From: Deferrisomatales bacterium
Lineage (GTDB): Bacteria; Desulfobacterota; Deferrisomatia; Deferrisomatales; JACRMM01
Length of the DNA stretch: 11,416 nt
Direction of reading: 5' to 3'
NCBI GenBank assembly: GCA_033551855.1
Contig: JAWSUI010000084.1
Location: forward strand, 1 to 11,416
Shown: positions 1-8,867 of the stretch, one piece after another
Layout of the letters: each line of letters opens with the position of its first letter
Position numbering within the stretch: the first letter of the stretch is position 1
The notes under the pieces: generated by a model
Databases searched by the model: none
Told to the model about the DNA's origin: nothing
Seen by the model: only the letters and a program-made list of their open reading frames with translations
Program-made: the position numbers and the translations under genes

Positions 1-1
1 C

Positions 2-562
2 TACTCCCGGGTGGAAGACTACCGGCTACGGGTGCATTCCGTCATCCGCCGAGCGGGAGAGGCCCCGGAAGAGACCGACCTGACCTACTGGTTCCGCCGG
101 CCCGATCGGTTTCGCATGGAGCTCCGGAATCCCCACCCTGGACTGACCCTCGTGCATCCTCACGGGGAGGGCAGGGTGCGGGTACGCCCCGGGGGGCTGC
201 TGCGGTTCCTCAAGATATCCCTCGACCCCGGAAGCGCCAGGCTCGAGGTCTCCCCGGGCCAGAGGGTGGACCAGACCGACCTGGGTCTCCTGATCCGGAA
301 CATCTCCCGAAGCCTTGCCGGTGCAGCGCCGGGGGCCGCCGCGGTGCGCACCGAGGGGGGAACCGTCGTCCTCTCGGTGGAGGGTGAGAACCACTTTCTG
401 CCAGGGGTTTGGACCCGTTACGAGCTCTGGGTCGATCGGGAGCTCTGGCTCCCGGTTCGAGTGCGCGAAGAGGTCCCCTCCCGGGGTTGGGAGCGGGACG
501 TGCGCTTCGACGAGATCACCCTCAATCCCGGCCTGCCGGAGAGCTTCTTCCGGCTGGACTGA
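2..562 (+). CDS. LolA-fold / outer-membrane lipoprotein-sorting-like protein, probably 5'-truncated
   Basis: The frame is open to the window edge (YSR precedes the track's GTG at 11). The pattern 'YWFRRPDRFRME', 'ELWVDRELWLPVRV' and C-terminal 'NPGLPESFFRLD' resembles LolA-like beta-sheet carriers. Family recognised by eye only. Confidence 0.6.
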   Translation, partial: YSRVEDYRLRVHSVIRRAGEAPEETDLTYWFRRPDRFRMELRNPHPGLTLVHPHGEGRVRVRPGGLLRFLKISLDPGSARLEVSPGQRVDQTDLGLLIRNISRSLAGAAPGAAAVRTEGGTVVLSVEGENHFLPGVWTRYELWVDRELWLPVRVREEVPSRGWERDVRFDEITLNPGLPESFFRLD

Positions 563-564
563 GA

Positions 565-592
565 GCCTGGCCCCCGCCCCGAAGGGCCGGGC
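565..592. terminator. GC-rich hairpin between convergent genes (possible terminator)
   Basis: gcctggccc (565-573) pairs with gggccgggc (584-592), 9 bp with one G-U. No U-tract follows. Confidence 0.3.
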
Positions 593-612
593 GCATCGGT
601 GGCGGCGGTCCC

Positions 613-2058
613 TCACTTGCGCCAGGCGCTGGGGAAGAAGAGGACGAGCACCGTGAAGAGCTCCAGGCGGCCGAGCAGCATACAAAACGACAGGAGGGCC
701 TTCCCCGCGAGGGGGAGGTGGGCGTAGGTGTCGGCCGGCCCCACGTCCCCGAGGCCCGGGCCGATGTTGCTGACGCAGGCGATCACGGAGGCGACGGCGG
801 TCAGGGGCTCGACGCCGAGGAGGGCCATCCCCAGGGACGCGGCCCCGGTGACCAAGAGGAACAGGGCGAAGAACCCCAGGATCCCCTGGAGCACGGCGTC
901 CGGCACCGGCCGCCCGTCGAGCTTCACGCGCCGGATCCCCCGCGGGTGGATGAGGTTCCAGACCTGCACGATGCCGTGCTTGAGCAGGAGCAGGACCCGG
1001 CTCACCTTCATCCCCCCGCCGGTCGAGCCGGCGCACCCCCCCACGAACATGAGGAGGACCAGGAGGACCTGGCACACGGGGGCCCAGGTCTCGTAGTCGG
1101 CGGTGCCGAAGCCCGTGGTGGTCAGGATGGACACGGCCTGGAAAGCGCTGTACCGGAAGCTCTCGAGGATGCTGCCGTAGACCCGGCCGGTGTTGGCGGC
1201 CGTGAGGATCAGGACGGCCCCCGCGGTCAGGAGGACGTAGAAGCGCAGCTCCTCGCTCTTCAGCGCCTTGCGGCCCCTGCCCACGAGCACGGCGTGGTGC
1301 AGGGCGAAGTTCACCCCCGCGAGAAACATGAAGACCGTGACGACCCCGTCGACGTACGCGCTCTGGTAGGCGCCGACGCTCGCGTTGCGTGTGGAGAAGC
1401 CGCCCGTGGCGAGGGTGGAGAAGGCGTGACAGACGGCGTCGAACCAGTCCAGTCCCCCGAAGAGCAGCAGCGCCACCTCCGCCGCCGTGAGGCCCACGTA
1501 GACGCCCCACAGGAGCTTTGCCGTGTCCTGGATCCGGGGCCGCAGGCGGTCGGCCGTGGGACCCGGCACCTCGGCCCGGAAGAGCTGCATCCCCCCGACC
1601 CCCAGCATGGGGAGGATCGCCAGGCCCAGGACGATGATCCCCATGCCCCCGAGCCAGTGAGTCATGGCCCTCCAGAGGAGGAGGCTCCGAGGCACGATCT
1701 CGATGTCCGCCAGGATCGTGGCGCCGGTGGTGGTGAACCCCGAAAGGGACTCGAACACCCCGTCGATCAGGGTGGGCACCACCCCGGCGAAAAGGTACGG
1801 GAGCGCCCCCAACACCCCGAAGAGGACCCAGCCGAAGGTGACGACGGCGAACCCCTCCCGGTGGGTGAGCTCGGGGCGCGTCCCCCGGGTGGCGAGGAGA
1901 AGCCCTCCCCCCAGGGCCGCGGCCAGCGCGGCGGCGGCCAGGATCGCGCCCCAGGCCCCGTCCCCGTCCGCCAGGGAGAGTCCGAGGGGCACCAGGAGGA
2001 CGCCCCCCAGGAAGAGGCCCAGGGCGCCCAGGACGCGGAGGAGGACGGCGGTGTTCAT
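613..2058 (-). CDS. trkH: Trk system potassium uptake membrane protein TrkH
   Basis: 481-aa polytopic protein with TrkH pore-loop motifs SGFTTTGAT, TLATGGFS, LTTTGFG and SNIGPGLG, plus WLGGMGII, GMQLFRAE and GCAGSTGGG. Its start overlaps the trkA stop (ATGA). Confidence 0.96.
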   Translation of the reverse strand: MNTAVLLRVLGALGLFLGGVLLVPLGLSLADGDGAWGAILAAAALAAALGGGLLLATRGTRPELTHREGFAVVTFGWVLFGVLGALPYLFAGVVPTLIDGVFESLSGFTTTGATILADIEIVPRSLLLWRAMTHWLGGMGIIVLGLAILPMLGVGGMQLFRAEVPGPTADRLRPRIQDTAKLLWGVYVGLTAAEVALLLFGGLDWFDAVCHAFSTLATGGFSTRNASVGAYQSAYVDGVVTVFMFLAGVNFALHHAVLVGRGRKALKSEELRFYVLLTAGAVLILTAANTGRVYGSILESFRYSAFQAVSILTTTGFGTADYETWAPVCQVLLVLLMFVGGCAGSTGGGMKVSRVLLLLKHGIVQVWNLIHPRGIRRVKLDGRPVPDAVLQGILGFFALFLLVTGAASLGMALLGVEPLTAVASVIACVSNIGPGLGDVGPADTYAHLPLAGKALLSFCMLLGRLELFTVLVLFFPSAWRK

Positions 2059-3404
2059 CCCGCCCCGAAGAAGCGCTCCACCCGGGACACGGCTCCGGGC
2101 AGCGTGAAGATCACGGCCCGGTCCCCCGGCTGGAAGACGGTGTCACCGTCCGGGATCATGGCCTCCTGCCCACGAACCACGGCGCCCACGATGGCTCCTT
2201 CCGGGAAAGAGAGGGACTTGAGGGGCTGGCCGAGCCACCCGGTCCCGGGGGTGATGAGCATCTCCATCACTTCCGCCTGGTTGTCCTCCACGGTGGCTAC
2301 GCTGAGCACGCCGCCCCGGCGCACGTATTTCAGGATGGCGCTTGCCGTGGACAGGCGGGGGCTGATGCAGGCGTCGATGCCCAGGGTGGGCACCAGCGAG
2401 ACGTAGGCGGGCCGGTTCACGAGGGACAGGGCCCGGCGGGCGCCGTGGCGCTTGGCCAGCAGCGACGCCAGGATGTTGACCTCCTCGTTATCGGTGGTGG
2501 CCACGACCACGTCGGCCTTGCCCAGCCCCTCGGCCTGCAGGGCGCCGACGTCGGTGACCTCGGCGTGGAGCACCATCGCCTCCTCCAGGCGCTCGGCGAG
2601 GCCCTCGCAGACCTCCCGGCGGGGGTCGACCACCGTCACCTGGATGCCCAGCCTCTCGAAGTGGTGCGCCACCCGGAAGCCCACCTCCCCGCCGCCGAGC
2701 ACGAACACCCGCCGGACCTCCACCTTCTCGAAGCCGAGGAGGTATCGGACGCTGGGCAGATCGGCGGTGCGCATCACGAGAAAGACGTGGTCCCCGGGCT
2801 CCACCACGTCCTCCCCCCGGGGGATGAGGGTGCGGCCTTCCCGGGTGATGGCGACGATGACGAAGGGGTACATGGACCGCAGGTCCCGGAGGTCGGCCAT
2901 GGAGAGGCCGCACACGGGGTTGTCCCTGCCGATGGGGTAGCCCACGAAGAAGATCCGGCCTTCCGCGAACTCCGCCACCTCCAGCGCCGCGGAGTGCCCC
3001 GCGATGTTGATGAGGTCGGTGGTCACCGCCTCCAAGGGGTTGATGAGGAGCTCGATGCCGAGCTTCTCGGCGTTGAGCACGGCGTCACGGGCTGAGTAGC
3101 CGAGGGACCTGACCCGCGCGATCTTGGTGGGCACCCCGTACTCCCGGGCGAGCAGGCAGGCCACCATGTTCACCTCGTCCACGTCCGTGACCGCGATGAA
3201 GACCCGGCAGTCCCGGATGCCGGCCTCCTCCAGGGTCTCGGCCCGGGCACCGTTTCCGGGCAGGGCGAGAACGTTGAGGCGCTCCTCCACCTCCCGGAGA
3301 CGCTCGCGGCTGCTCTCGACGAGCACCACTTCGTGGCCCTCCTGGGCGAGGCGCTCAGCGGTGTGGAACCCCACCTCGCCCGCACCCACGATGATCACCC
3401 GCAT
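2055..3404 (-). CDS. trkA: Trk system potassium uptake protein TrkA (two RCK modules)
   Basis: 449 aa from ATG 3404 (MRVIIVGAGEVG), preceded by an AGGAGG SD. A second Rossmann motif VLGGGEVG is present, and the gene is coupled to trkH. The track's 21-aa N-terminal extension was discarded. Confidence 0.96.
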   Translation of the reverse strand: MRVIIVGAGEVGFHTAERLAQEGHEVVLVESSRERLREVEERLNVLALPGNGARAETLEEAGIRDCRVFIAVTDVDEVNMVACLLAREYGVPTKIARVRSLGYSARDAVLNAEKLGIELLINPLEAVTTDLINIAGHSAALEVAEFAEGRIFFVGYPIGRDNPVCGLSMADLRDLRSMYPFVIVAITREGRTLIPRGEDVVEPGDHVFLVMRTADLPSVRYLLGFEKVEVRRVFVLGGGEVGFRVAHHFERLGIQVTVVDPRREVCEGLAERLEEAMVLHAEVTDVGALQAEGLGKADVVVATTDNEEVNILASLLAKRHGARRALSLVNRPAYVSLVPTLGIDACISPRLSTASAILKYVRRGGVLSVATVEDNQAEVMEMLITPGTGWLGQPLKSLSFPEGAIVGAVVRGQEAMIPDGDTVFQPGDRAVIFTLPGAVSRVERFFGAG

Positions 3405-3542
3405 GCTGTCCTCCTGGAAGAGCGGCGGCCCGAGGATGCCCGATCGTCGGGGGCGGCGCAAGGCCACTCAAGACGCGCGAGGCCCGAGTCGATGGGTGGG
3501 GGCGCGGCACACGAGGTTTTTCTCGAGCATCCTGGGGTTCCA

Positions 3543-3556
3543 GGCAGTATACTGCC
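3543..3556. promoter_or_regulatory. Perfect 14-bp palindrome GGCAGTATACTGCC with a TATACT -10-like hexamer on both strands
   Basis: Lies in the 192-bp divergent gap between trkA and the PilZ gene. TATACT is at 3548-3553 (+) and 3551-3546 (-). No good -35 on either side. Confidence 0.45.
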
Positions 3557-3596
3557 GCCGCCCCCTCACCCCTTGCCGGAAGACCGGAGAGGCGCG

Positions 3597-3959
3597 ATGA
3601 GCGAACAGCCCGAGGCGGCCGGCCCGGACCGCCGGGCCCACCCCCGCAGCCCGATCGTCGTGCGCGAGGCCCGCTGCATCTGCGGGATCGACGTCTTCTT
3701 CGGCTACGCCCTGGACGTGAGCCGGGGCGGGATGTTCGTCTCGACGACGAAGCGGAGAAAGGCCGGGGAGGTGCACGAGATCCGCTTCCAGATCCCCGGC
3801 CTCGACCGCTGGTTCGAGTGCCGGGCCCGGGTGGTGTGGAACCGCGGGTTCGACCCCGCGACCCGTCAGGCGCCCGGCTTCGGGGTTCAGTTCCTGGACC
3901 TGGCGGAGGAGGACGCCCGGACCCTCGACGCGTGGGTCCGCCGGGTCGGGCCGGGATGA
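3597..3959 (+). CDS. Stand-alone PilZ-domain protein (putative c-di-GMP receptor)
   Basis: 120 aa from ATG 3597 with a GGAGAGG SD. Both PilZ motifs are intact (RxxxR = RRAHPR, D/NxSxxG = DVSRGG), and the typical 'ARVVW' and 'GFGVQF' strands are present. Confidence 0.88.
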   Translation: MSEQPEAAGPDRRAHPRSPIVVREARCICGIDVFFGYALDVSRGGMFVSTTKRRKAGEVHEIRFQIPGLDRWFECRARVVWNRGFDPATRQAPGFGVQFLDLAEEDARTLDAWVRRVGPG

Positions 3960-3987
3960 CCCTTCGGGGAGGGGGCCGGCCTCTTCC

Positions 3988-5688
3988 ATGAAGTTCCTCA
4001 CGAGCCAGGTCCTGGCGATCCTCTCCCAGGGGCAGGCGAGGCGCAACGTCAAGACCCTGGTCCGCTTCGCGTTCCTGCTGGTAGCCACGATTTCCCTGTT
4101 TGCCACGTCCTTTCGCCTCATCATGCGCCACGTGGAGGGCCAGGAGCACTCCTGGGTCACGGGCTTCTACTGGACCCTGACGGTGATGAGCACCCTGGGC
4201 TTCGGCGACATCACCTTCCACAGCGATGCCGGGCGTGCCTTCAGCATGGTGGTCCTCCTGACGGGGATCGTCCTGCTCCTCATCGTGCTGCCCTTCGTCT
4301 TCATCCGCTACTTCTACGCCCCCTGGCTTGAGGCGCGCACGCGGTTCCAGGCGCCGCGGGGCGTGCCGGCGGCCACCCGGGGGCACGTGATCCTGTGCCA
4401 GCAGGACAGCCTCGCCGCGGCGGTCATGGCCCGCCTCCGGCTCCTCGGCGTTCGCCATTTCCTCCTGGAGCCCGACCCCGTGAGGGGGGCCCAGCAGGAG
4501 CTCGAGGGGATTCCCGTGGTGGTCGGCGCCGTGGAGGACCGCGCCACCTGGGAGGCCCTCCACGTCGACCAGGCGCAGCTGGTAGTGGCCAACGCCGGGG
4601 ACACGGTCAATACGAACATCACCCTGACCGTGCGGGAGGTGGCTCCCGACGTGCCCATCGCCTGTGTCGTGGAGCACGAGCAGTCGGTCGATCTCCTGGA
4701 GCTGAGCGGGAGCACCTACGTGATGCCCCTCACGCAGCGCCTCGGGGAGCACCTCGCCAACCGGGTGAGCGCCGGTCACCTCCACGGGAACGTCATCGGC
4801 CGGATGGGCGAGCTCCTCATCGCCGAGTTCCCGGTGCACAACACGCCCCTCGTGGGCCGCACCATCCGGGAGGCGCGGCTGCGGGACGCCTTCGGCCTCA
4901 ACGTGGCGGCAGTCTGGGAGAGGGGCCGCATGATGCCCGCCACCCCGGACACGCGCCTCGAGGACGGGAGCGTGCCGGTGGTGCTCGGGACCTCCGAGCA
5001 GATGGGTGCCCTGGACGGGTACCTGGTGATCTACAACACCAACTACGCCCCGGTGCTGGTGGTGGGTGGGGGCAAGGTCGGGTGCGCCGCGGCCCGGGCG
5101 CTGCGAAGCCGGGGGGTGGAGGTGCACCTGCTCGAGCGGGAGGAGGGCTTGCGCCCCCGCCTCGAGGGCGTGGCGGACCGGCTCTTCATCGGGGACGCCG
5201 CGGACCGGGCGCTGCTGATGGAGGCGGGGCTGGCCGAGGCGCCCACGGTGCTCCTGACCACCAACGACGACGCGATGAACATCTACCTGGCGGTGTACTG
5301 CCGCCGGCTGAACCCCGGGCTGCGGATCGTCAGCCGGATCACCCACGACCGGAACGTCGAGGCCATCCACCGGGCCGGTGCGGACTTCGTGCTCAGCTAC
5401 GCCTCCCTGGGGGCCGAGACGGTGCTCGCGCTCCTCCAGGGGAGGGATTCGGTGATCCTGGGGGAGGGGTTCGACCTCTTCTACTTGGCCGTGCCGCCCA
5501 ACTTGGAGGGGAAGACCGTCGCCCAGAGCGAGCTTCGCCGGAGGACGGGGCTGAACCTCCTGGCCCTGCGCCTGCCCGGGGGCCGCACGGTCCCGATCGC
5601 GGCCGACACCGTCCTGGTGCCCGGGGGCGAGCTCGTGCTCCTGGGCAACGAGGCGCAGCGGCAGGCGTTCGTCGCCGCCTTCCACTGA
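3988..5688 (+). CDS. Potassium channel family protein: 2-TM pore plus tandem TrkA-N/TrkA-C (RCK) modules
   Basis: 566 aa. Two hydrophobic helices flank the pore helix and filter 'FYWTLTVMSTLGFGD'. Two RCK units follow, the second with VVGGGKVG. Confidence 0.92.
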   Translation: MKFLTSQVLAILSQGQARRNVKTLVRFAFLLVATISLFATSFRLIMRHVEGQEHSWVTGFYWTLTVMSTLGFGDITFHSDAGRAFSMVVLLTGIVLLLIVLPFVFIRYFYAPWLEARTRFQAPRGVPAATRGHVILCQQDSLAAAVMARLRLLGVRHFLLEPDPVRGAQQELEGIPVVVGAVEDRATWEALHVDQAQLVVANAGDTVNTNITLTVREVAPDVPIACVVEHEQSVDLLELSGSTYVMPLTQRLGEHLANRVSAGHLHGNVIGRMGELLIAEFPVHNTPLVGRTIREARLRDAFGLNVAAVWERGRMMPATPDTRLEDGSVPVVLGTSEQMGALDGYLVIYNTNYAPVLVVGGGKVGCAAARALRSRGVEVHLLEREEGLRPRLEGVADRLFIGDAADRALLMEAGLAEAPTVLLTTNDDAMNIYLAVYCRRLNPGLRIVSRITHDRNVEAIHRAGADFVLSYASLGAETVLALLQGRDSVILGEGFDLFYLAVPPNLEGKTVAQSELRRRTGLNLLALRLPGGRTVPIAADTVLVPGGELVLLGNEAQRQAFVAAFH

Positions 5689-5761
5689 CCGGCCGTCCCG
5701 GGGGAGCGCGCAGGGGGCTGGGGCTTTCCCCGGTTGGCGCGATCCGTCGCCCCCGTGGCGC

Positions 5762-7354
5762 CTACAGGAAGATCTGCCGGAGACTGAGCAGGTGGGGCAC
5801 CCGACGCAGGTCGTCCAGCACGGCCTCCGGTGCCGTCCCGTCGATGTGGACCAGGCTGATCGCCTTCCCGCCCACCTCGGTGCGGCCGTTGTACATGCCG
5901 GCGATGTTGACCCCGTGGCGGCCGAGGCAGGCCCCGATGCCGCCGATCACCCCCGGCACGTCCTCGTTGTGGATCAGGATCAAGGTCCCCCGGGGCAGCG
6001 CGTCCAGGCGGTAGTCGTCGAACCGCACCACCCGGGGCTCTCGCCGCCCGAACAGCGTTCCCTCCACCAGGTGGCGCCCCCAGGGGCCGGAAACCTCCGC
6101 CGAAAGGAGGTCCGTGAAGTCCTTGGTCTCGCTGGTGGTGCTCGTCGCCACCCGGATCCCGCGCTCCCGGGCCAAGGCCGGGGCGTTGACCGCGTTGACC
6201 CGGTCCGAGAGGACCGGCCCCAGGAGCCCCCGGAGGAACGCGGCCGTGACCAGGTCCGGTCCCTCCCCTGCGGCCTCGCCTTGACAGAGGACCTGAGCGG
6301 TTTCCACGGGTCCTTCGACCACCTGTGCCAGGAACCGGCCCAGCCGGTCCGCCAGGTCGAGGTACGGCCCCAGGCGGCGGAGCACCTCCGGGGCCACCGC
6401 GGGCACGTTGAGGGCGTTGGGCGCCGCCCCGCTGGTGAGGAAGGCGATGACGTTGTCGGCTACCTCCAGGCCGACGCTGGACTGGGCCTCGACCGTGGAG
6501 GCCCCGAGGTGGGGGGTGAGGATCACGTCGTCGCGTTCGTGCAGCGGACCTTTCGGGGGGGGCTCCACCTCGAACACGTCCAGGGCGGCGCCCCCGACCC
6601 GGCCGCAGTCCAGGGCCTCCAGGAGGGCGGTTTCGTCCACGATGCCCCCCCGGGCGCAGTTGACCAGGAGCAGCCCCGGCTTGACCTTGGCCAGGGCCTC
6701 GCGCCCGAGGAGACCGCGAGTTTCCGAGGTCAGGCCCGTGTGCACCGTGAGGAAGTCGGCCTCGGCCAGGAGCCGGTCCAGATCCACCTGCTCCAGGCCC
6801 AGTCTGGCCGCCCGCTCCGCCGGCAGGTACGGGTCGTACCCCAGGACCCGCATCCGAAGCCCCACGGCGCGCTCGGCCACCGCCGAGCCGATGCGGCCCA
6901 CACCGACGACCCCGAGAGTCTTCCCCTGGAGCTCCCGCCCCAGGAACCGGGTCTTTTCCCAGCGGCCCTCCCTCATGGCGGCGGAGGCCTGGGGGATCTT
7001 CCGCGCCAGGCTCATGAGGAGCGCGAGGGCGTGCTCGGCGGTGGTCACGACGTTTCCGCCCGGGGCGTTCACGACCGCCACGCCGAGCCGGGTGGCGGCC
7101 TCCACGTCGATGTTGTCCACCCCGATGCCCGCGCGCCCCACCACCTGCAGGTCGGTGCCCGCCGCGAGCACGGCCGGGGTGACCTTGACGTTCGACCGCA
7201 CGACGAGACCGTGGAACCCGGGGACCGCCGCGGCGAGCACCTGGGGGTCGCGGATGTCCCGGACCTCCACGGTAAAACCCGGCTGTGCCGAGAAGCGGGC
7301 CAAGGCCTCGGGGCCCAGGTCGCAGGTGACGAGGACCCGGTATCCGCCTTCCAT
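5762..7354 (-). CDS. serA: D-3-phosphoglycerate dehydrogenase (long form with C-terminal regulatory/ACT region)
   Basis: 530 aa from ATG 7354 with a GGAGAGGAG SD. Motifs: GRAGIGVDNID, NAPGGN, TAEH, GVGRIG, NCARGG, ALDVFE, TPHLGAST, and ACT-like 'HNEDVPGVIG...VNIA'. Confidence 0.95.
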   Translation of the reverse strand: MEGGYRVLVTCDLGPEALARFSAQPGFTVEVRDIRDPQVLAAAVPGFHGLVVRSNVKVTPAVLAAGTDLQVVGRAGIGVDNIDVEAATRLGVAVVNAPGGNVVTTAEHALALLMSLARKIPQASAAMREGRWEKTRFLGRELQGKTLGVVGVGRIGSAVAERAVGLRMRVLGYDPYLPAERAARLGLEQVDLDRLLAEADFLTVHTGLTSETRGLLGREALAKVKPGLLLVNCARGGIVDETALLEALDCGRVGGAALDVFEVEPPPKGPLHERDDVILTPHLGASTVEAQSSVGLEVADNVIAFLTSGAAPNALNVPAVAPEVLRRLGPYLDLADRLGRFLAQVVEGPVETAQVLCQGEAAGEGPDLVTAAFLRGLLGPVLSDRVNAVNAPALARERGIRVATSTTSETKDFTDLLSAEVSGPWGRHLVEGTLFGRREPRVVRFDDYRLDALPRGTLILIHNEDVPGVIGGIGACLGRHGVNIAGMYNGRTEVGGKAISLVHIDGTAPEAVLDDLRRVPHLLSLRQIFL

Positions 7355-7437
7355 TCCCTTCTCCTCTCCCCCGATCAGGGGATACGTCTCCGGTTGCCGG
7401 TGCTCTCGAGGACCGCGGCGGCCGCCGTGCCCCGTGC

Positions 7438-8463
7438 CTACCCGCCGATGCCGGGCGGCTCCCCGGGGTGAGCGCCCAGGCGCCGCAGGGCCTGCTCCAT
7501 GTCCTCCGGAACCGGGGCGGTCAGCTCCAGGCGTTCCCCGGTGACGGGGTGCGGCAGGCAGACCTTCCAGGCGTGGAGGAACATTCGCCCGACTCCGCTC
7601 GCTGCCAACGCCTCGTTGAAGGCCGGGTCCCCGTACCGCGGGTCCCCGGCGACCGGGTGCCCTTCGCCGGCCAGGTGGCGTCGGATCTGGTGGGTGCGTC
7701 CCGTGACCAGCTGCACCTCGAGGAGCGCCGCGGCACAGGGGGTTTCGGTGCGCCCCAGGGTGCGGTAACGGGTGACCGCACCCTGGAGTACCTCCCGGCA
7801 GCGCGGGTGGTCCGGGGGCAGACGCTTCCGGTCCCGGGAATCCACAGGCCGGGGGAGCGGCCGGCGGATCTCGCCGTCGCCCGGCTCGGGCCACCCCGCT
7901 ACCAGGGCCAGGTAGTGCTTCTCCACCCGCCCCTTCTGGAAGAGGCGGCCCAGGCGGCGCTGGGCAGTGCGCGTCCGGGCTGCGAGGACGACGCCGGAGG
8001 TGCCGATGTCGAGCCGGTTGGCGAGGGCGGGCTGGAAGGGGTCGGACCGCCGCACCCCCCAGTGGGCCCGGATCCGGTCCAGCAGGGTGTCCCCCGAGCG
8101 CTTCAGCCCCGGGTGGCTCGCGCACTCGGGGGGTTTGCCGGCCGCGAGGAGGTCCGGGTCCTCCCACACCACCCAGAACGGTCCCGCCGGCGTCTCCACG
8201 GGGACGTCGCGCAGGGTGGGCCGGGCCCTCGGATGACGACGGGGGCGCCGCAGCACCACGGTGACCACCTCGCCCTCGGACAGGGCCGACAGGGGGTCGC
8301 AGGTCCGGCCGTCGCGAAGGAGCTCTCCCCTGCGGGCTTTCCGGAACACGTCCCTCGGAGGGACTTCCGGAAAAGCCCTTCGGACCGCCGCGAAAACGGT
8401 GAGCCCGGCCCAGGACCGGCCGATGGGAAGGTGTTTCGGGACGAGTACGAGCTCTTCCGCCAC
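7438..8463 (-). CDS. RluA-family RNA pseudouridine synthase with N-terminal S4-like domain (RluC/RluD-like)
   Basis: 341 aa from GTG 8463 with an AGGAGG SD. Motifs: KPP, NRLDIGTSG (catalytic Asp), KHYLALV, VTGRTHQIRRH, HPVAGDPRYG and MFLHA. Confidence 0.92.
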   Translation of the reverse strand: MAEELVLVPKHLPIGRSWAGLTVFAAVRRAFPEVPPRDVFRKARRGELLRDGRTCDPLSALSEGEVVTVVLRRPRRHPRARPTLRDVPVETPAGPFWVVWEDPDLLAAGKPPECASHPGLKRSGDTLLDRIRAHWGVRRSDPFQPALANRLDIGTSGVVLAARTRTAQRRLGRLFQKGRVEKHYLALVAGWPEPGDGEIRRPLPRPVDSRDRKRLPPDHPRCREVLQGAVTRYRTLGRTETPCAAALLEVQLVTGRTHQIRRHLAGEGHPVAGDPRYGDPAFNEALAASGVGRMFLHAWKVCLPHPVTGERLELTAPVPEDMEQALRRLGAHPGEPPGIGG

Positions 8464-8540
8464 AAGGCCTCCTGCCGCCGCAGCGGCCGCGGTCTGTCGG
8501 GTCCGAGCCGTGGATCTGCCGACGGTCGGCCACCCCGTGG

Positions 8541-8569
8541 AGAATAGCGCACGATCCGCCGCAGGGGAA
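8541..8569 (-). promoter_or_regulatory. Possible sigma70-type promoter for the pseudouridine synthase-serA unit
   Basis: The minus strand reads TTCCCC-N17-TATTCT about 80 nt upstream of the GTG. The -35 match is weak. Confidence 0.3.
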
Positions 8570-8608
8570 ACTTTGCGCCGCTTCGAGGGTTCTCGGCCTA
8601 GGCGGCTG

Positions 8609-8747
8609 GTGGGGTCCGGGAGCGCGTGTGTTACGCCCCGCAATCCGCGGCCCTGCGGAGGGGTGTCCCCCCAGGCCCCGGTGTGCCGGCCCCACCCGTC
8701 TGCCCGGGACTGGGCGGGGCGGGCGAGGTGGTGCGGGGCTGCGCTCC
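8609..8747 (+). repeat. Degenerate non-coding repeat, unit 1 copy A (direct repeat of 11067-11206)
   Basis: Manual alignment with one gap gives about 99/140 identities. Conserved blocks are gtccgggagc, atccgcggc, ccccggtg and ggtgcggggctgc. Confidence 0.85.
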
Positions 8748-8867
8748 GCACCAGGGATCCCGGACTCGGCCCCACGACGGGCCGCTGGGTCCGGATTCTC
8801 CGTCCCGACCGCCCCGATCCCCCTCGCCGCCGGGGCGGCACGTCCAAGGGGGCGGGCGCGAGAAAGT

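Noticed and set aside
3500..3525. Sigma54 promoter-like GGCAC upstream of the PilZ gene
   Set aside because: No GC dinucleotide at the -12 position.
8005..8022. NRLD rather than HRLD in the pseudouridine synthase
   Set aside because: The catalytic Asp and the Arg are intact. This is a minor family variation, not evidence of inactivation.
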